From assembly GCA_964016885.1 (NCBI GenBank), contig OZ024760.1, forward strand, positions 4,898,001 to 4,962,000: DNA of 64,000 nt. The letters run 5' to 3'. The stretch comes from Eledone cirrhosa. Taxonomy: Eukaryota. How positions within the stretch are numbered: position 1 is the first letter of the stretch; each line of letters begins with the position of its first letter. Shown here one piece after another: positions 1 through 11,181 of the stretch. A program made the position numbers and the translations under genes. The notes beneath the pieces were generated by a model, which was given only the letters and a program-made list of their open reading frames with translations, ran no database searches and was not told the DNA's origin.

Positions 1-200
1 ATCTCATCTACGACACTGAAGAGGTTAAATACGCTTATTGCTGCTGCTGCTGTTGCTGCTGCTTCTTGTTAGCGAAGACATTTGGGAACCACTGTCTTAT
101 ACATTGTTAAGCATGCTTTGATGATTGGCTTCCATTTCTGATTGGCTTTTTTTTCTTTTTTTCATTTTGTTGTTGTTGTTGTTTGTGTATGTAATGACAG

Positions 201-236
201 TCCAATTTAACAGACCAGGTCACCACAGAACCTGAT
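201..236 (+). CDS. WASHC2: Putative 36-nt coding exon of WASHC2/FAM21 (SNLTDQVTTEPD)
   Basis: T-rich tract and ...gacag acceptor at 200, strong gtaagt donor at 237, 12 open codons, phase 0/0 compatible with the 8504 exon. No recognisable motif, so tentative. Confidence 0.45.
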
Positions 237-866
237 GTAAGTAGTACGAACCCTCATATTACTCCTTTTTTACACTCTCTCTCATTCTCTCTCTCCCTTT
301 CTTTTCCTTCTCTCTCTCTCTCTCTCTCTCTCTCCCTCTCTCTATCTCTCATTTATTTATTTCTCTGTTGTCCCATCATTCTCCAGAGATGGGCCACTTC
401 ATGTGAAGTCATAAAATATTAAGACCAAGACGCACCCCCTCTCCCCCCCCCTCTCGCTCCAGGCAGATGTTATGACCAGTTCATAAAAAGAAAAGAAATT
501 ATTGCTCCTAGCTCTTCCTCTACTTAAACGCTCACATATATGTATACACACACACACAGTTATATATATATATATACACGCACACACAATATTATATACC
601 TATATATATATGAATATATATATATACACATACACACACATTTATGCTCGACCTTAGGGTTTGGGGGGTCTAGTTATGGCCACCGCTGTATAGTAAAGGA
701 GTTGTTTCAAAACAGGCCTTTCGTTGGGCGCCAGGACAAAATTACGAAATAATCCGTTAGCCTACTGTATTTGGTTTTAATACAATGAAGAGCTCCTTTA
801 CGTATATACACCTAAATATATTCTATTTCGGTGTTTCCTCTGCTATTACCATGGTATTTTAAATCC

Positions 867-901
<35 letters not shown>

Positions 902-904
902 ATA

Positions 905-1047
905 TCATCATCGTCGTTTAACGTCCATCTTCCATGTTAGCATGGGTTAGATGGGAGTTGTCCCACTTGAGGCAAGATTGGTTGGGTGACCGTGTCTCTG
1001 GACTATCTGGCAGGTTTTCTACAGCTGGATGCCCTTCCTAACACCAA
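905..1047 (-). mobile_element. RTE-type 3'-end fragment / SINE-like tail
   Basis: catcatc...ccatgttagcatgggttagat...ctacagctggatgcccttcctaacacca, same motifs as the 3' UTR of the intact RTE at 13781-14290; flanked by (TA)n. Confidence 0.7.
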
Positions 1048-1152
1048 TATATATATATATATATATTGGTGTTAGGAATATATATATATGTGTATGTATA
1101 TATATACTTGTTTTCTTTAGACAACAGAACATATAGTAGTACATGTGAGAAT

Positions 1153-1244
1153 ACATATCTGAGGAGCTTCCGATTCCAGAGTCAGGAACGAACATAATTC
1201 AATCGTTCCTCGAGCTTATCGACAGTGAAACATATGTAATATGT
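1153..1244 (+). ncRNA. Type I hammerhead ribozyme motif with long stem II
   Basis: Stem I acatat/atatgt, core CTGAGGA (1159-1165), stem II gcttccgat...atcgacagt with inner hairpin aggaacga/tcgttcct, GAAAC-ATAT-GTA (1227-1238). Confidence 0.7.
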
Positions 1245-1311
1245 AATTAAATATGTATATGATGCAACACTGATTCTTTGTACCCTATTTATTATTATTA
1301 TTACCTTTCTT

Positions 1312-1627
1312 AGAGCAGTGGATTGGCAGTATCGGTAGAGAGTTGGACACCATGGTTTGCAGCATAGTTACGGCCCTTTACGGACTGAGTTCAAAACCCG
1401 CCGAGGTTAACTTGCCTTTCATCCTTACGGGGGTCGATAAAATAAAGTACCAGTAACGTACTGGGGTCGATTTAATCGACTTTCCCCTCCCCCCAAATTA
1501 CTGGCCTTGTGCCTATACTAGAAATCCTGCCGAGGCTAACTGTGCCTTTCATCCTTACAGGGTCGATAAAATAAAGTACCAGTAATGTACTGGGTAATTG
1601 CTGGCTTTGTGCCTAAAGTAGAAACAA
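1312..1627 (+). mobile_element. tRNA-derived SINE with Meta-like central domain, partly duplicated
   Basis: A-box-like TGGCAGTATCGG, B-box-like GAGTTCAAAACC, then GCCTTTCATCCTTACGGGGGTCGATAAAATAAAGTACCA; many copies in the window. Confidence 0.75.
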
Positions 1628-1710
1628 TTATTATATATATATATTTATATATAGGTATATAATATTGTATATATGTGTGTGTATATATATATATATATAT
1701 ATACACATAC

Positions 1711-2902
1711 ATGGTGGTCCCTAAGGAAGCTAGGTATTGAGGAATGGGTTGTGAGGACAGTGCAAGCTTTGTACAGAGGTGCTGTCAGTAAAATGGAGTA
1801 TAGTGAGGAATTCCAGATACAAGTAGGAGTACATCAGGGTTTGGTCCTCAGCCCGCTCTTGTTCATTATAGTTCTCCAAGCCATAACAGAAGAGTTTAAG
1901 ACTGGCTGTCCATGGGAACTTCTCTATGCTGACGATCTGGTTCTTATAGCAGAATCAGTAGAGAAGCTGAAGAATAAATTCTGACTATGGAAACAGCAGT
2001 TGGAATCAAGAGGACTGAGAGTGAACCTAACTAAGATAAAGCGTTGATGAGTAGAAAAGAGGACAAAACTCTGATTCCGTCAGGGAAATGGCCATGTTCG
2101 ATATGCAGAAAAGGAACTGGCATAAATTCTATAAAATGTACAAATGAAGATCTTGGTTACACAAGAGATATAGTGGGTTAGCAGGCAAACTAACAGGTAG
2201 GGAGAAATACGTATGTAGTAGATGTACAGGGAAATTTGACAGTAGAAGTCGCATTGATAGACACATTTTTCAAATGCAGGTGGGTGCTATATAAGTGGTT
2301 GATAGCTTCCTGTACCTAGGTGATCAGATTAGCATGGGGGGGGGGGTTCCGAGGCTATAGTATCTAGAATAAGGACGGGTTGGAAGAAGTTTAGGGTGCT
2401 GGTCCCTGTGCTGACAGAGAAGGGTTTCTCAATGCGTACAAAAGGCCGGTTATATGATGCCTGTGTGAGGTGTGCGATGCTGCATGGTAGTGGGACATGG
2501 GCAGCAACTGCAGAGGATATGCGATGGCTGGAGAGAAATGAGGCAATCATGCTCCGTTGGATGTGCAATGTCAATGTACGTGAACGGCCAAGCATGGATA
2601 TGTTGAGAGAGAAACTGTGTCTGAGAGGGATAAATTGTTGTGTGCAGGAAAGGAGACTGCGGTTGTATGGACATGTGATGCACATGGAGGGTGACCGTTA
2701 GGTGAAGAAGTGCCAAGAAATGCCAGTTGAAGGAAGACGTAGTAGAGGAAGACCACGAAAAACATGGGCGAGAGCAGACCTCAGATCGCTGAAGCTCACG
2801 GTGGAGATGACGAAGGACCGTGACAAGTGGAGAGATGCTGTGCTGAATAGGACCCGTCCCACCCTTGCAAGCAGGGAAAAGTGGGCGTAAAATGATGATG
2901 AC
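1711..2902 (+). pseudogene. Decayed 5'-truncated RTE LINE (RT C-half, PHD remnant, 3' end)
   Basis: GVHQGLVLSPLLF and LLYADDL motifs, stops and frameshifts, RGRPRKTW tail, (GAT)n end; paralogous to 14292-17408. Confidence 0.85.
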
Positions 2903-2988
2903 ATAAGTGTATATAACCATGCGTGTGATTAAGTAGAGGAAGGGCTAGTAGGAAGAGAAGTCGAGAGGAGCAATGATTTATATATATA

Positions 2989-3905
2989 GGAACAATATAA
3001 AAATATCCTTCTCTACTACCCCTAACCTAGTAGACATCATAGGAACAACGAACCACAGTAAGATCACCAAGACACAGCACCTCGACACAGACGCACCTAC
3101 ACCTGACAATAACTATATCGGCCTTAACAACTCCCTGGCAGCATCCAATAGTGTTGGCAACGGCATCCGCAGACGCAACCGGAATGACCGCGAAGCGACT
3201 GGGGAACATGCAGAACATGCCGTGCGGAATAACAATCGCACCATCCCGCGTGCTGTGGGTTGTAATTGTGCTAACGACAGCTGCGGTAGCGTAGGTAACA
3301 ACGTAGGCAGCAACAATGATAGCCTTACCGTGGGAAATAGACGGAACCGCGACAGAAATTGCAACTGCCGCGACAGAGGACGCTGCCCCCTTAGAGGATA
3401 CTGCTTGACTGATAGGGTTATATATAGATGCACTATTACTAGCCACAATAGCGTTAAACATTATATAGGGGCCACCTCCGGCCCGTTCAAAATTAGGTTT
3501 CGAACACATCTCCACTCTTTCACAAATAGAAAACTAAGACACTCCACTTCGCTCGCGGACTACATCACATCACTAAAGGACTCAAACATCAGCTTCTCCA
3601 CGCACTGGGAGATTGTCGGCAGGGCTGCACCGTACAACTTCAAGAGGAAATGCGATCTTTGCTTCATGGAGCTCTACCACATCATAACTGCACCCCACGA
3701 GCTCATCAACAGCAGAGCTGAAACAGCGATAAGTTGTACACATCGCTTAAAAATTTCCTTCTTTAGATGGGTTAAGGATAAAGAGTGAAATAGTACACTG
3801 GATCTCCCTGCAACAAGTCTTAACACCCCGGCGGGCAGGCGCTGCAAAATAACACCCAGAAAACAATCATTGCATACCAGACCCAGCCTCAGACAAACGG
3901 ATGCG

Positions 3906-3941
<36 letters not shown>

Positions 3942-4348
3942 ATCCGGGAAAGACTGCCCTAACACCGGCCAGAGTTACCTCCCTTGACCTGCTGCAAAAT
4001 CAAAACAAGATATTTTTGCGAGCAATGAATCTTGATGTAGATTTAACCCCCAAAACTCTTTCCGAACTATATATGGAACACTTGTGATTATTTATGCCCT
4101 TGAGAAGCCCAACTGGGCGAAACGTACGTAGGTGATATTTTAAATAAACATGTTTTAACGGTCTATTCTCCGATTTTTTACTTTCCCCACGTGCTTACGC
4201 TCTGCTAACTCTCTAGCCCACTAAATATTAACACTTCGAATATTTAATACTGCCGGCACTAGTATCGAGCACCTTTGGCATACGCTACTTGGCAAATAAC
4301 TATATGTATCACCTATCCCTCCTTTTTCTCTCTTTCTCGATACGTAAA

Positions 4349-4351
<3 letters not shown>
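2989..4351 (+). mobile_element. 5'-truncated Penelope-like element 1 (linker + GIY-YIG endonuclease + pLTR)
   Basis: ORF to 3788 has CNCRDRGRCPL, VIYRC..HYIG, FKIRFRTHLH, CDLCFME, LINSRAE..CTH; hammerhead motif and AATAAA downstream; bounded by (TA)n. Confidence 0.85.
4098..4132 (+). ncRNA. Minimal type I hammerhead motif (U3:A8 variant) in PLE-1 pLTR
   Basis: cc-TTGAGAA-gccc(aact)gggc-GAAAC-gtac-GTA-gg; palindromic stem III loop typical of PLE minimal hammerheads. Confidence 0.7.
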
Positions 4352-4395
<44 letters not shown>

Positions 4396-4398
<3 letters not shown>

Positions 4399-5111
4399 GT
4401 GTAGTTAATACGAAGCATTGTGAGGCATGTAATAAAAGACTGATAATTTTCCAAAAACAAGTACAGCGCGGTAGAAAAATACAATCTCATTAGCCAGGAA
4501 TGACATAAAAAAAAGTAATAATAATAAAATAATAGATTAGAAATGCACAAGGCAGGCTGGTTGCTATAGCGATTTGATGCAAGCGTATTTCAGATATGCA
4601 GGCCAGTTAAGGGGAAAAAACACATTGACCGTTCATCTTGCTTTGAACTGTTTCAGCCACACATTTGAAAAGAGGCTATTAGCCCTGAAATATTGTTGAA
4701 ATACACTGGGTAAAACTTTATTCTGTTTTATGTCATCATTTGCTCTTTGTATTATTTTACTGCATTGTACCAGCTTTTTGAAAATTATTGGTCTTTTAAA
4801 ATTCTTTACTATTCATCACTTCTGTGATATTGAAAATTACTGTTCTCCATCTACCCACTCTCGTCTCCCACCCACCATAACCCAATAACGTATATAAAAC
4901 GAACATGAAGCATATGCCAATAGTTTGGATAGGACCACCCGTTTAAACTCTCATATCTGAAGAAGTGTTGATTAAGAGTCGTTATCCAACCGTATGTTAA
5001 AACCCGAGCTGATCGATAAAGAAACAATTGTAATATTTGTAATATGAAATATTGTAACAATTGTAATATGAAATAAAGTTTACAAAAAGCTGCAATTCTT
5101 ATTGTCACTTG
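4396..5111 (+). mobile_element. Old PLE-like pLTR remnant with degenerate inverted arms and a hammerhead motif
   Basis: Degenerate inverted repeat ~4430-4512 vs ~4726-4798; atat-CTGAAGA...GAAAC-AATT-GTA-atat at 4953-5036; TA-flanked. Confidence 0.45.
4953..5036 (+). ncRNA. Degenerate type I hammerhead motif
   Basis: Stem I atat/atat, CTGAAGA, stem II tgttgatta/tgatcgata (base pair next to the core mismatched), GAAAC AATT GTA. Confidence 0.5.
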
Positions 5112-5228
5112 TATATATATATATATATATATATAGCGAGGGAAAAGTGGTAAGGAACCAGGTGGACCATAACGCACCAAAGTACTCAATACTTAGGGTA
5201 GTAGAGTGGGTAATAGGAGTAAGTAAGA

Positions 5229-5321
5229 CCCCGACGGCTGAGCTCAAGCCGTTTCGACAGCTAATTCTGTACTGAATGAAAAATCAGTTCTGGTATTTAA
5301 ATAGCCGACCTTGTCAAGGGG
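5229..5321 (-). ncRNA. Hammerhead motif in the inverted pLTR of PLE-2
   Basis: Reverse complement of the 8138-8231 motif with a few substitutions. Confidence 0.7.
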
Positions 5322-5578
5322 CAATTCCATATATGGTCAAAGAGATAATCACCAGGATTGGTCATCCCACAAGGTAGTAGTAATTCTGCGATGGCAAGTT
5401 GGTGGGGGAGGTAGCCAAACCTGCCAGTAGGAGAAAAGGGGAGAGGGGGCGGAGTAGCCTCATTCATGCGTTGGTGGTGCCAGCTACAGCTGGGTGTGAG
5501 GTCAAAGAGGAAGCAGGGGAGGGGGAGGGGGAGGAGGTCAATACGGTAAGTAGAACGATGAAAATGTAAAACTGTAAA

Positions 5579-6990
5579 CGAGACACTAAATTTATCCAGT
5601 TCGACATAGAGAGCTACTACGCTTCAATCACCTTACCGCTACTCACTGCCGCCTTGGACTTCGCCGAAGCACTTGTGCCCATCACCGACCAGGAAAGAAA
5701 AATCATCCTCCACGCCAGGAAGACAGTCTTACTCTTTGACAACTCCAAATGGATAAAAAGAGCTCCCGACTCACCCTTCGACGTCAGCATGGGCGCTACC
5801 GACTCGGCGGAGGTCACAGATCTTATAGGATTATTCCTGATAGCCAAACTCACCGATATGTTTCCGGCTTTTGGTGGTGGATTGTACCGTGATGATGGGC
5901 TCCCTACCCTTAAAGGGTACAACCCCAGTAGTACAGACCGGGTCCGTAAACAATTAATCAGCTTCTTCCGCGACTGGGGATTTAAAATAACCCTACAGAC
6001 GTCCCTGACCCGAGTTAATTTCCTGGACGTTACCCTCGATCTCAACAATGACCTGTACTACCCATACAGAAAACCCAATGACAACCTGCACTACATCCAC
6101 CGCCGATCTAACCATCCCAGGAACATCACCAACAACCTGGTCAAAAACAGCTCCCTCCGTATATCCCGTTTGTCAGCTAATGAGAGGATATTTGATGAAC
6201 ACGCGCCTTACTACAACCAGGCCCTCAAGCGGAGCGGTTTCCGGGAGGAAATATCCTACTGTCCAGCTCCCATTAGCGGAACCAGCAGGCGACACCGCCG
6301 CTCACGAAATGTAACATGGTTCAATCCTCCCCACAATGCCGAGGTGACAACTCCCATCGGGAAAATTTTCTTTAGGCTCATGGAAAAACACTTCCCACCA
6401 CTACACCGCTACCACAACATAATTAACAAAAATACCATCAAACTCTCTTACAGCACTACACCTAACTTCGCACAAAACATCGTCTCCTCCAACAACAAAA
6501 AACTCAACCCCGATGGAAGAAACAACCCAAATAGCAGTGGAGAGCCGACCAGGAGGTGCAACTGTCCTGATAGATCAAGTTGCCCCCTCGACAACAGATG
6601 CAGAGACCGTAATGTGATCTACCAGTGCAACGTGAGCACGGATACCTCCAACAAAGCTTATATAGGATTGACCGCATGCGACTTCAAGACCCGGCTATAC
6701 CAACACAGACATACCTTCCGAAACCCGGCCCGGCGTCACGCCACCACACTTTCGGGCCACATATGGGACCTCAAGGACAACAACATCAACTATGATCTCA
6801 CTTGGAAATTACTGTCCAGAGCCAACTCCTACACGGGAGGACGCCGTCCGTGCAATTTATGCTCGGAGGAAACATTACAAATGCTGTTTTCGACGGACTA
6901 ACTCCTTAACAAGAAAGATGAACTGGTTACTGCATGTAAACACTGATTACGTAGGACTTACCTCGCTCTCAAACCCCATAATGACCTGGG
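5579..6990 (+). pseudogene. PLE RT-GIY-YIG ORF, 5'-truncated, two late nonsense codons
   Basis: FDIESYYASI, SMGATDSAEV, GLYRDDGL, NFLDVTL, CNCPDRSSCPL, VIYQC..AYIG, CNLC; stops TAA 6899-6901 and TGA 6944-6946 interrupt LLNKKDEL..CKH*LRR. Confidence 0.85.
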
Positions 6991-7514
6991 GGGGGGGGGG
7001 GGTAGCCTATAACACCCCACTTGCCTATTTTGTAATGGGTAACCCCTGCTTGCCTATGGAGACGTAAGATCTTCCTTTACACTTTTTTTTATCGATCCAG
7101 TATCTCTTTCTTCTTTTTCCCTTTTTCCCTTTTCTCCCTTTTTCCTGTATTAATTTTCCGTTCTTTATTTTTAATTCGTACGACTTTTCATGTAGCTTGT
7201 ATAAGACATTTTGTTTCGTGGCGGTACCCTTAGAGTTAGCACCAGTATTTTTTTGCGGGACCCTGAATTACATTCTCGTACTAGTCTACTTTCTTGCACT
7301 GGGTGGTTGCTGGCCCGGTGTTTGGGGCAGAAACCGTTATTTATTTTTTTTTTTCGTGGTGGTCTCTGTAGTATTCCGACCCCCCCCCTCTATTGACCCG
7401 TCACCGTACGATACACGCACTTATACCCCGTATAAGGGTCCCTTTATCTCCGTCACACCTAGGTTTTTTTTTCTATCATTATCATTTGTTTTCTTATTCT
7501 TTTTATTCTACATA

Positions 7515-7562
<48 letters not shown>

Positions 7563-7606
7563 TATCTATCCATCCTTTTACTCACTTATTTGTTTATTTA
7601 CTCACT

Positions 7607-7805
7607 TATGTATTTCTTGTGGAATATTATTTACGTTTTTCTTATTTACTTATGTGGAATATTACTTATGTATTTCTTATTTACTTATGTGGAATATTAT
7701 TCATGTATTTCTTATTTACTTATGTGGAACATTCTTTATGTATTTCTTATGTACTTATGTGGAATATTATTTTTGTATTTCTTATTTACTTATTTATGTA
7801 TTTCT
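7607..7805 (+). repeat. ~35-bp tandem repeat (about 6 copies) in the PLE-2 3' region
   Basis: Unit tttcttatttacttatgtggaatattattcatgta. Confidence 0.85.
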
Positions 7806-8137
7806 TCAGCCTAGCAATAGCGAGAGAATTAAGTCTTAGTAACCAGATTCCGCTTATATTTCTTTTCTCTCTCAGTACCTTTTACAGTTTTACATTTTCA
7901 TCGTTCTACTTACCGTATTGACCTCCTCCCCCTCCCCCTCCCCTGCTTCCTCTTTGACCTCACACCCAGCTGTAGCTGGCACCACCAACGCATGAATGGG
8001 TCTACTCCGCCCCCTCTCCCCTTTTCTCCTACTGGCAGGTTTGGCTACCTCCCCCACCAACTTGCCATCGCAGAATTACTACTACCTTGTGGGATGACCA
8101 ATCCTGGTGATTATCTCTTTGACCATATATGGAATTG

Positions 8138-8231
8138 CCCCTTGACAAGTTCGGCTATTTAAATACCAGAACTGATTTTTTCATTCAGTACAGAATTAGC
8201 CGTCGAAACGGCTTGAGCTCAGCCGTCGGGG
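8138..8231 (+). ncRNA. Type I hammerhead ribozyme motif (U3:A8 variant) in the PLE-2 pLTR
   Basis: Stem I cccc/gggg, core TTGACAA (8142-8148), long stem II tcggcta...tagccgtc, GAAA, stem III acggct(tgagctc)agccgt, GUC cleavage triplet ending at 8227. Confidence 0.75.
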
Positions 8232-8331
8232 TCTTACTTACTCCTATATATATATATATATATATATAGTGTATGTGATTCAGTGAATCTCACTGATCAC
8301 AACAAACACTGTATTTTTTGTTGAATCACCA

Positions 8332-8406
8332 GTCTGAAGAACATGGAGTTGGATCCATAATTTCTATGCATGACCTTGAGCCAATCTAGTGTGAAATATG
8401 CGTAAC
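8332..8406 (+). ncRNA. Degenerate hammerhead motif (same family as 31720-31801)
   Basis: gt-CTGAAGA-acatggagttgg...ccaatctagtgt-GAAAT-atgc-GTA-ac. Confidence 0.4.
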
Positions 8407-8503
8407 AAGTCGAAACTAAATAAAAACTTAAATACATGTAAATGAAACTTCATATAAATATATATGTATATATATATATATATATCCATCCTTTGTTTTC
8501 TAG

Positions 8504-8611
8504 ATTCCACCAATTGTGCCACCGACTAGTTTTGGAAATGAAGAACCCCAGTCTGCTTCTGTATCTTTTGATGAACCTGCCTCTGCCACAACTTTATTAA
8601 GTGCTACTAAG
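8504..8611 (+). CDS. WASHC2: WASH complex subunit 2 (FAM21) exon, N-half of the CPI motif
   Basis: ttttctag acceptor, aag|gtaaat donor; IPPIVPP...SVSFDEPASATTLLSATK resembles FAM21 SFDxPA..LxSAxK. Confidence 0.85.
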
Positions 8612-9831
8612 GTAAATACCAATATATTTATCTTTTCTGTTGCCCAAGCTGGCAATTTTAAGCAGTCCTCTCAGTTAAATCGTGCAAAACCACTTGCCAG
8701 TATGAGAGCTGAAGAGGTATGTGCGTGAACTTGTTTCGTTCATTGTCTTCCTTTATTTATTTCTTCCTATCACTTCTATGTGCCAACACACTTCCTCTCA
8801 CTTCTACGTGTCAACACACTTCTCCTTAACCCTCCTCCTCTCTCAGTCGTTTCTATATTTCATCTGCCTGTCACCCACCTCATTTTTCTTTACCGACCAC
8901 TAGCCACTGATTTTTGTCCTCTAGCATATTTTTACCCGATGCTGTCATTGATGGCATTTGGCTGTTTTAACAGCTATTCTTGCCCTCAGTTTTTTCATTT
9001 TCCTATGAATTTCAAATACATTCATGCTTCATCTCAATCTTTAAGACATCATCATCATTTGACGTCAATTTCCCACGCTAGCATGGGTAGGACGGGTTGA
9101 CCATTTGGGAGAGAATCAGGTCAGAGGACCGTGTTTTGCTCACCCAGGGTTGATGTTGGCTTGGTTTCTACAACTGGATGCCCTTCCTAATGCCAACGAC
9201 ATTTACAGTGTGCGCTGGGTGTTTTCTGTCTTATCACCTACACGACCACAATATAATGAGGACTGGGTACTTTTTGTCATGTTGCTGACACAACCACTTT
9301 ACAGTGTGGGTGGGGCGCTTTTGTCTTGACACCTGGTGGGAAGGGGGGCACTACATGGTATGGGATGGTGACTAGGGAGGGAGGGGGAGGAAGCCTGAGG
9401 AAATTGCAGACGTAGGTAATAGGGGAAGGATGGTTACCACAGAGGGAGGTGTATGGGAGGGGGAGATGGTGGAGGAAGGTGTTGCCTATTAGATCTATGC
9501 CTCAGCATATGTCAGTGTTTTTGACGTTGAAGATGGCAGCATGATTTTTACATCTGTTTTTCCATGCTGGCATGGGTTAGACGAGGCTTCTCCTCTGCAG
9601 TATCTCTCCACTTGTTTCTTTTCTCTGAGGTTCAGTTTCCTCAGATCAGCTTTCACCACATCTTCTCCCACACACCACACACCACCCCACCCATCCACAT
9701 CGGTTTTTCTTGGTCTTCTTCCACTTACACCTCCTGGCATGATCCTCCTGCGCTACCATCTTTCCTGTACATGACATTTGATTTCTCTTAGGCCTTGTTT
9801 CTTTTTGCTCAGCTCATCCTTGCTTTATTGT

Positions 9832-10042
9832 CCATTAGCATTTACATTACTCTATATATACTATTGTGTTTTTATGGTAAAGGCTTTACCTCACATGATA
9901 TCGAATCTATGAGATTTTGATGTTATTTATTTTGAGAACAATACCTTAACATCAGTATGAGTGGCCAGTTATGGCCAGTTTGAAAAGAAAGAGGTGAGAG
10001 AATTCTAGCTGGATACAGCCGGTTTAAATGGTAAAGAGTTAA
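9832..10042. mobile_element. TTAA/piggyBac-type MITE (~210 bp family)
   Basis: Family TIR TTAACCCTTTAGCATTTA...TAAATGCTAAAGGGTTAA; other copies at ~20044-20221, 20862-21077, 31133-31340, 49496-49678, 49748-49974, 51588-51794, 52588-52783, 54217-54409, 56330-58376, 63384-63593. Confidence 0.75.
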
Positions 10043-10415
10043 TATTCACCATTCTCTCTCTCTCTTTCAATATCCACTATTCTCTCTCTGTTTATCTATC
10101 TCTCTTTCATTCGATATCCACTGTATTATCTCTCTCTCTATATCTATCTACCTCTCTCATTCGATATCCACTATTTTCTCTATCTTTCTCTCTCTCTCAA
10201 TCGATATCCACTATCCCCCCCTCTCTCTTTATCCATCTATCTCATTTGATATCCACTATTTTCTCTCTCATTTGATATCCTCTCTCATTCGATATCCACT
10301 TTTCTCTCACTCTCTCATTTGATATCCACTATTTTCTCTCTCTCATTTGATATCCTCTCTCATTCGATATCCACTTTTCTCTCACTCTCTCATTTGATAT
10401 CCACTATTTTCTCTG
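10043..10415 (+). repeat. Pyrimidine-rich minisatellite (catt[c/t]gatatccactattttctctct) upstream of a 3' splice site
   Basis: About 12 imperfect units, no AG dinucleotide until the acceptor at 10439-10440. Confidence 0.85.
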
Positions 10416-10440
10416 TCTACTTCACTCTCTCCATTTATAG

Positions 10441-11170
10441 ACACGAGCTCGTATCCAGCTGAAGCGGAGACTGCCCACACGGAAGTCAAAATTAATCACT
10501 GCATCAGACATGGGCCCCAGCTCCTCAGTAGTCACCTCTCCACAGACAGCTGCCCCATACCTGGAAACAGTCGAGGGGTTACCTTTCTCCCATGACGCCA
10601 CCACCTCCTCCTCCACCATCTCTTCCACCACTGCAGTCGACCCCTTCGCTGTGATGTCAGCACCAGCCTTGTTCCCAGAACAAGACCCTTTCAAGTATAA
10701 TGACATCGATAAAGGAGCCACAAGATCATCAGCAACAACAACAACATTATCAGCAGTAACAACAAACAGCACAAGTGACATTGAGCCCTTTCCAACGAGC
10801 CCCTCACTGTCGCAGACCCCACAGTCCTCGCCCCCCTCAAAAGACCTTGACACAGCCGACAAACCAGAAGAGGATTTGGCAAGAATCATGGAGAAGAACC
10901 TTTCTTTGAAATTCTCTGACGATGATGATAACATCAACATCCATGATGATGATGATGATGACTTATTTGGTTCAAGTATGAAGAAAACTACTACTACTAC
11001 TGCTGCTGCTACTGCTACTAACTCTTCGGTTTCAATCAAAAATACTAAAGAAACGTTAACCACCACGACCACCATTTCTTCAAAGACTTCTACCAGTGCC
11101 TCTGCCATCTTTGATGATGACGACTCCGATATCTTCGCTGATTCAAATCTGCTGCTAAGCAAGAAGAAAG
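10441..11170 (+). CDS. WASHC2: WASHC2/FAM21 large exon (CPI C-half, acidic LF repeats)
   Basis: TRARIQLKRRLPTRK continues the CPI motif in phase 0; DDDDDDLFG and AIFDDDDSDIFAD repeats; donor g|gtaata, phase 1. Confidence 0.9.
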
Positions 11171-11181
11171 GTAATATATAA

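Larger units (their letters stand above)
5136..8246 (+). mobile_element. 5'-truncated Penelope-like element 2 with inverted pseudo-LTR at the 5' junction
   Basis: 5213-5578 is the near-perfect reverse complement of 7881-8246; RT/EN frame starts at the junction (5579); inserted in (TA)n. Confidence 0.9.

Noticed and set aside
6944-6946. In-frame TGA in the PLE endonuclease as possible selenocysteine
   Set aside because: It aligns with Arg in PLE-1 (CTHRL vs CKH*L), fitting a CGA>TGA change, and an upstream TAA at 6899 already ends the frame
10422-11162. 246-aa minus-strand ORF (also 25358-25723 and antisense ORFs over the RTE and PLEs)
   Set aside because: Antisense shadows of real coding sequence with low-complexity codons; no independent motifs
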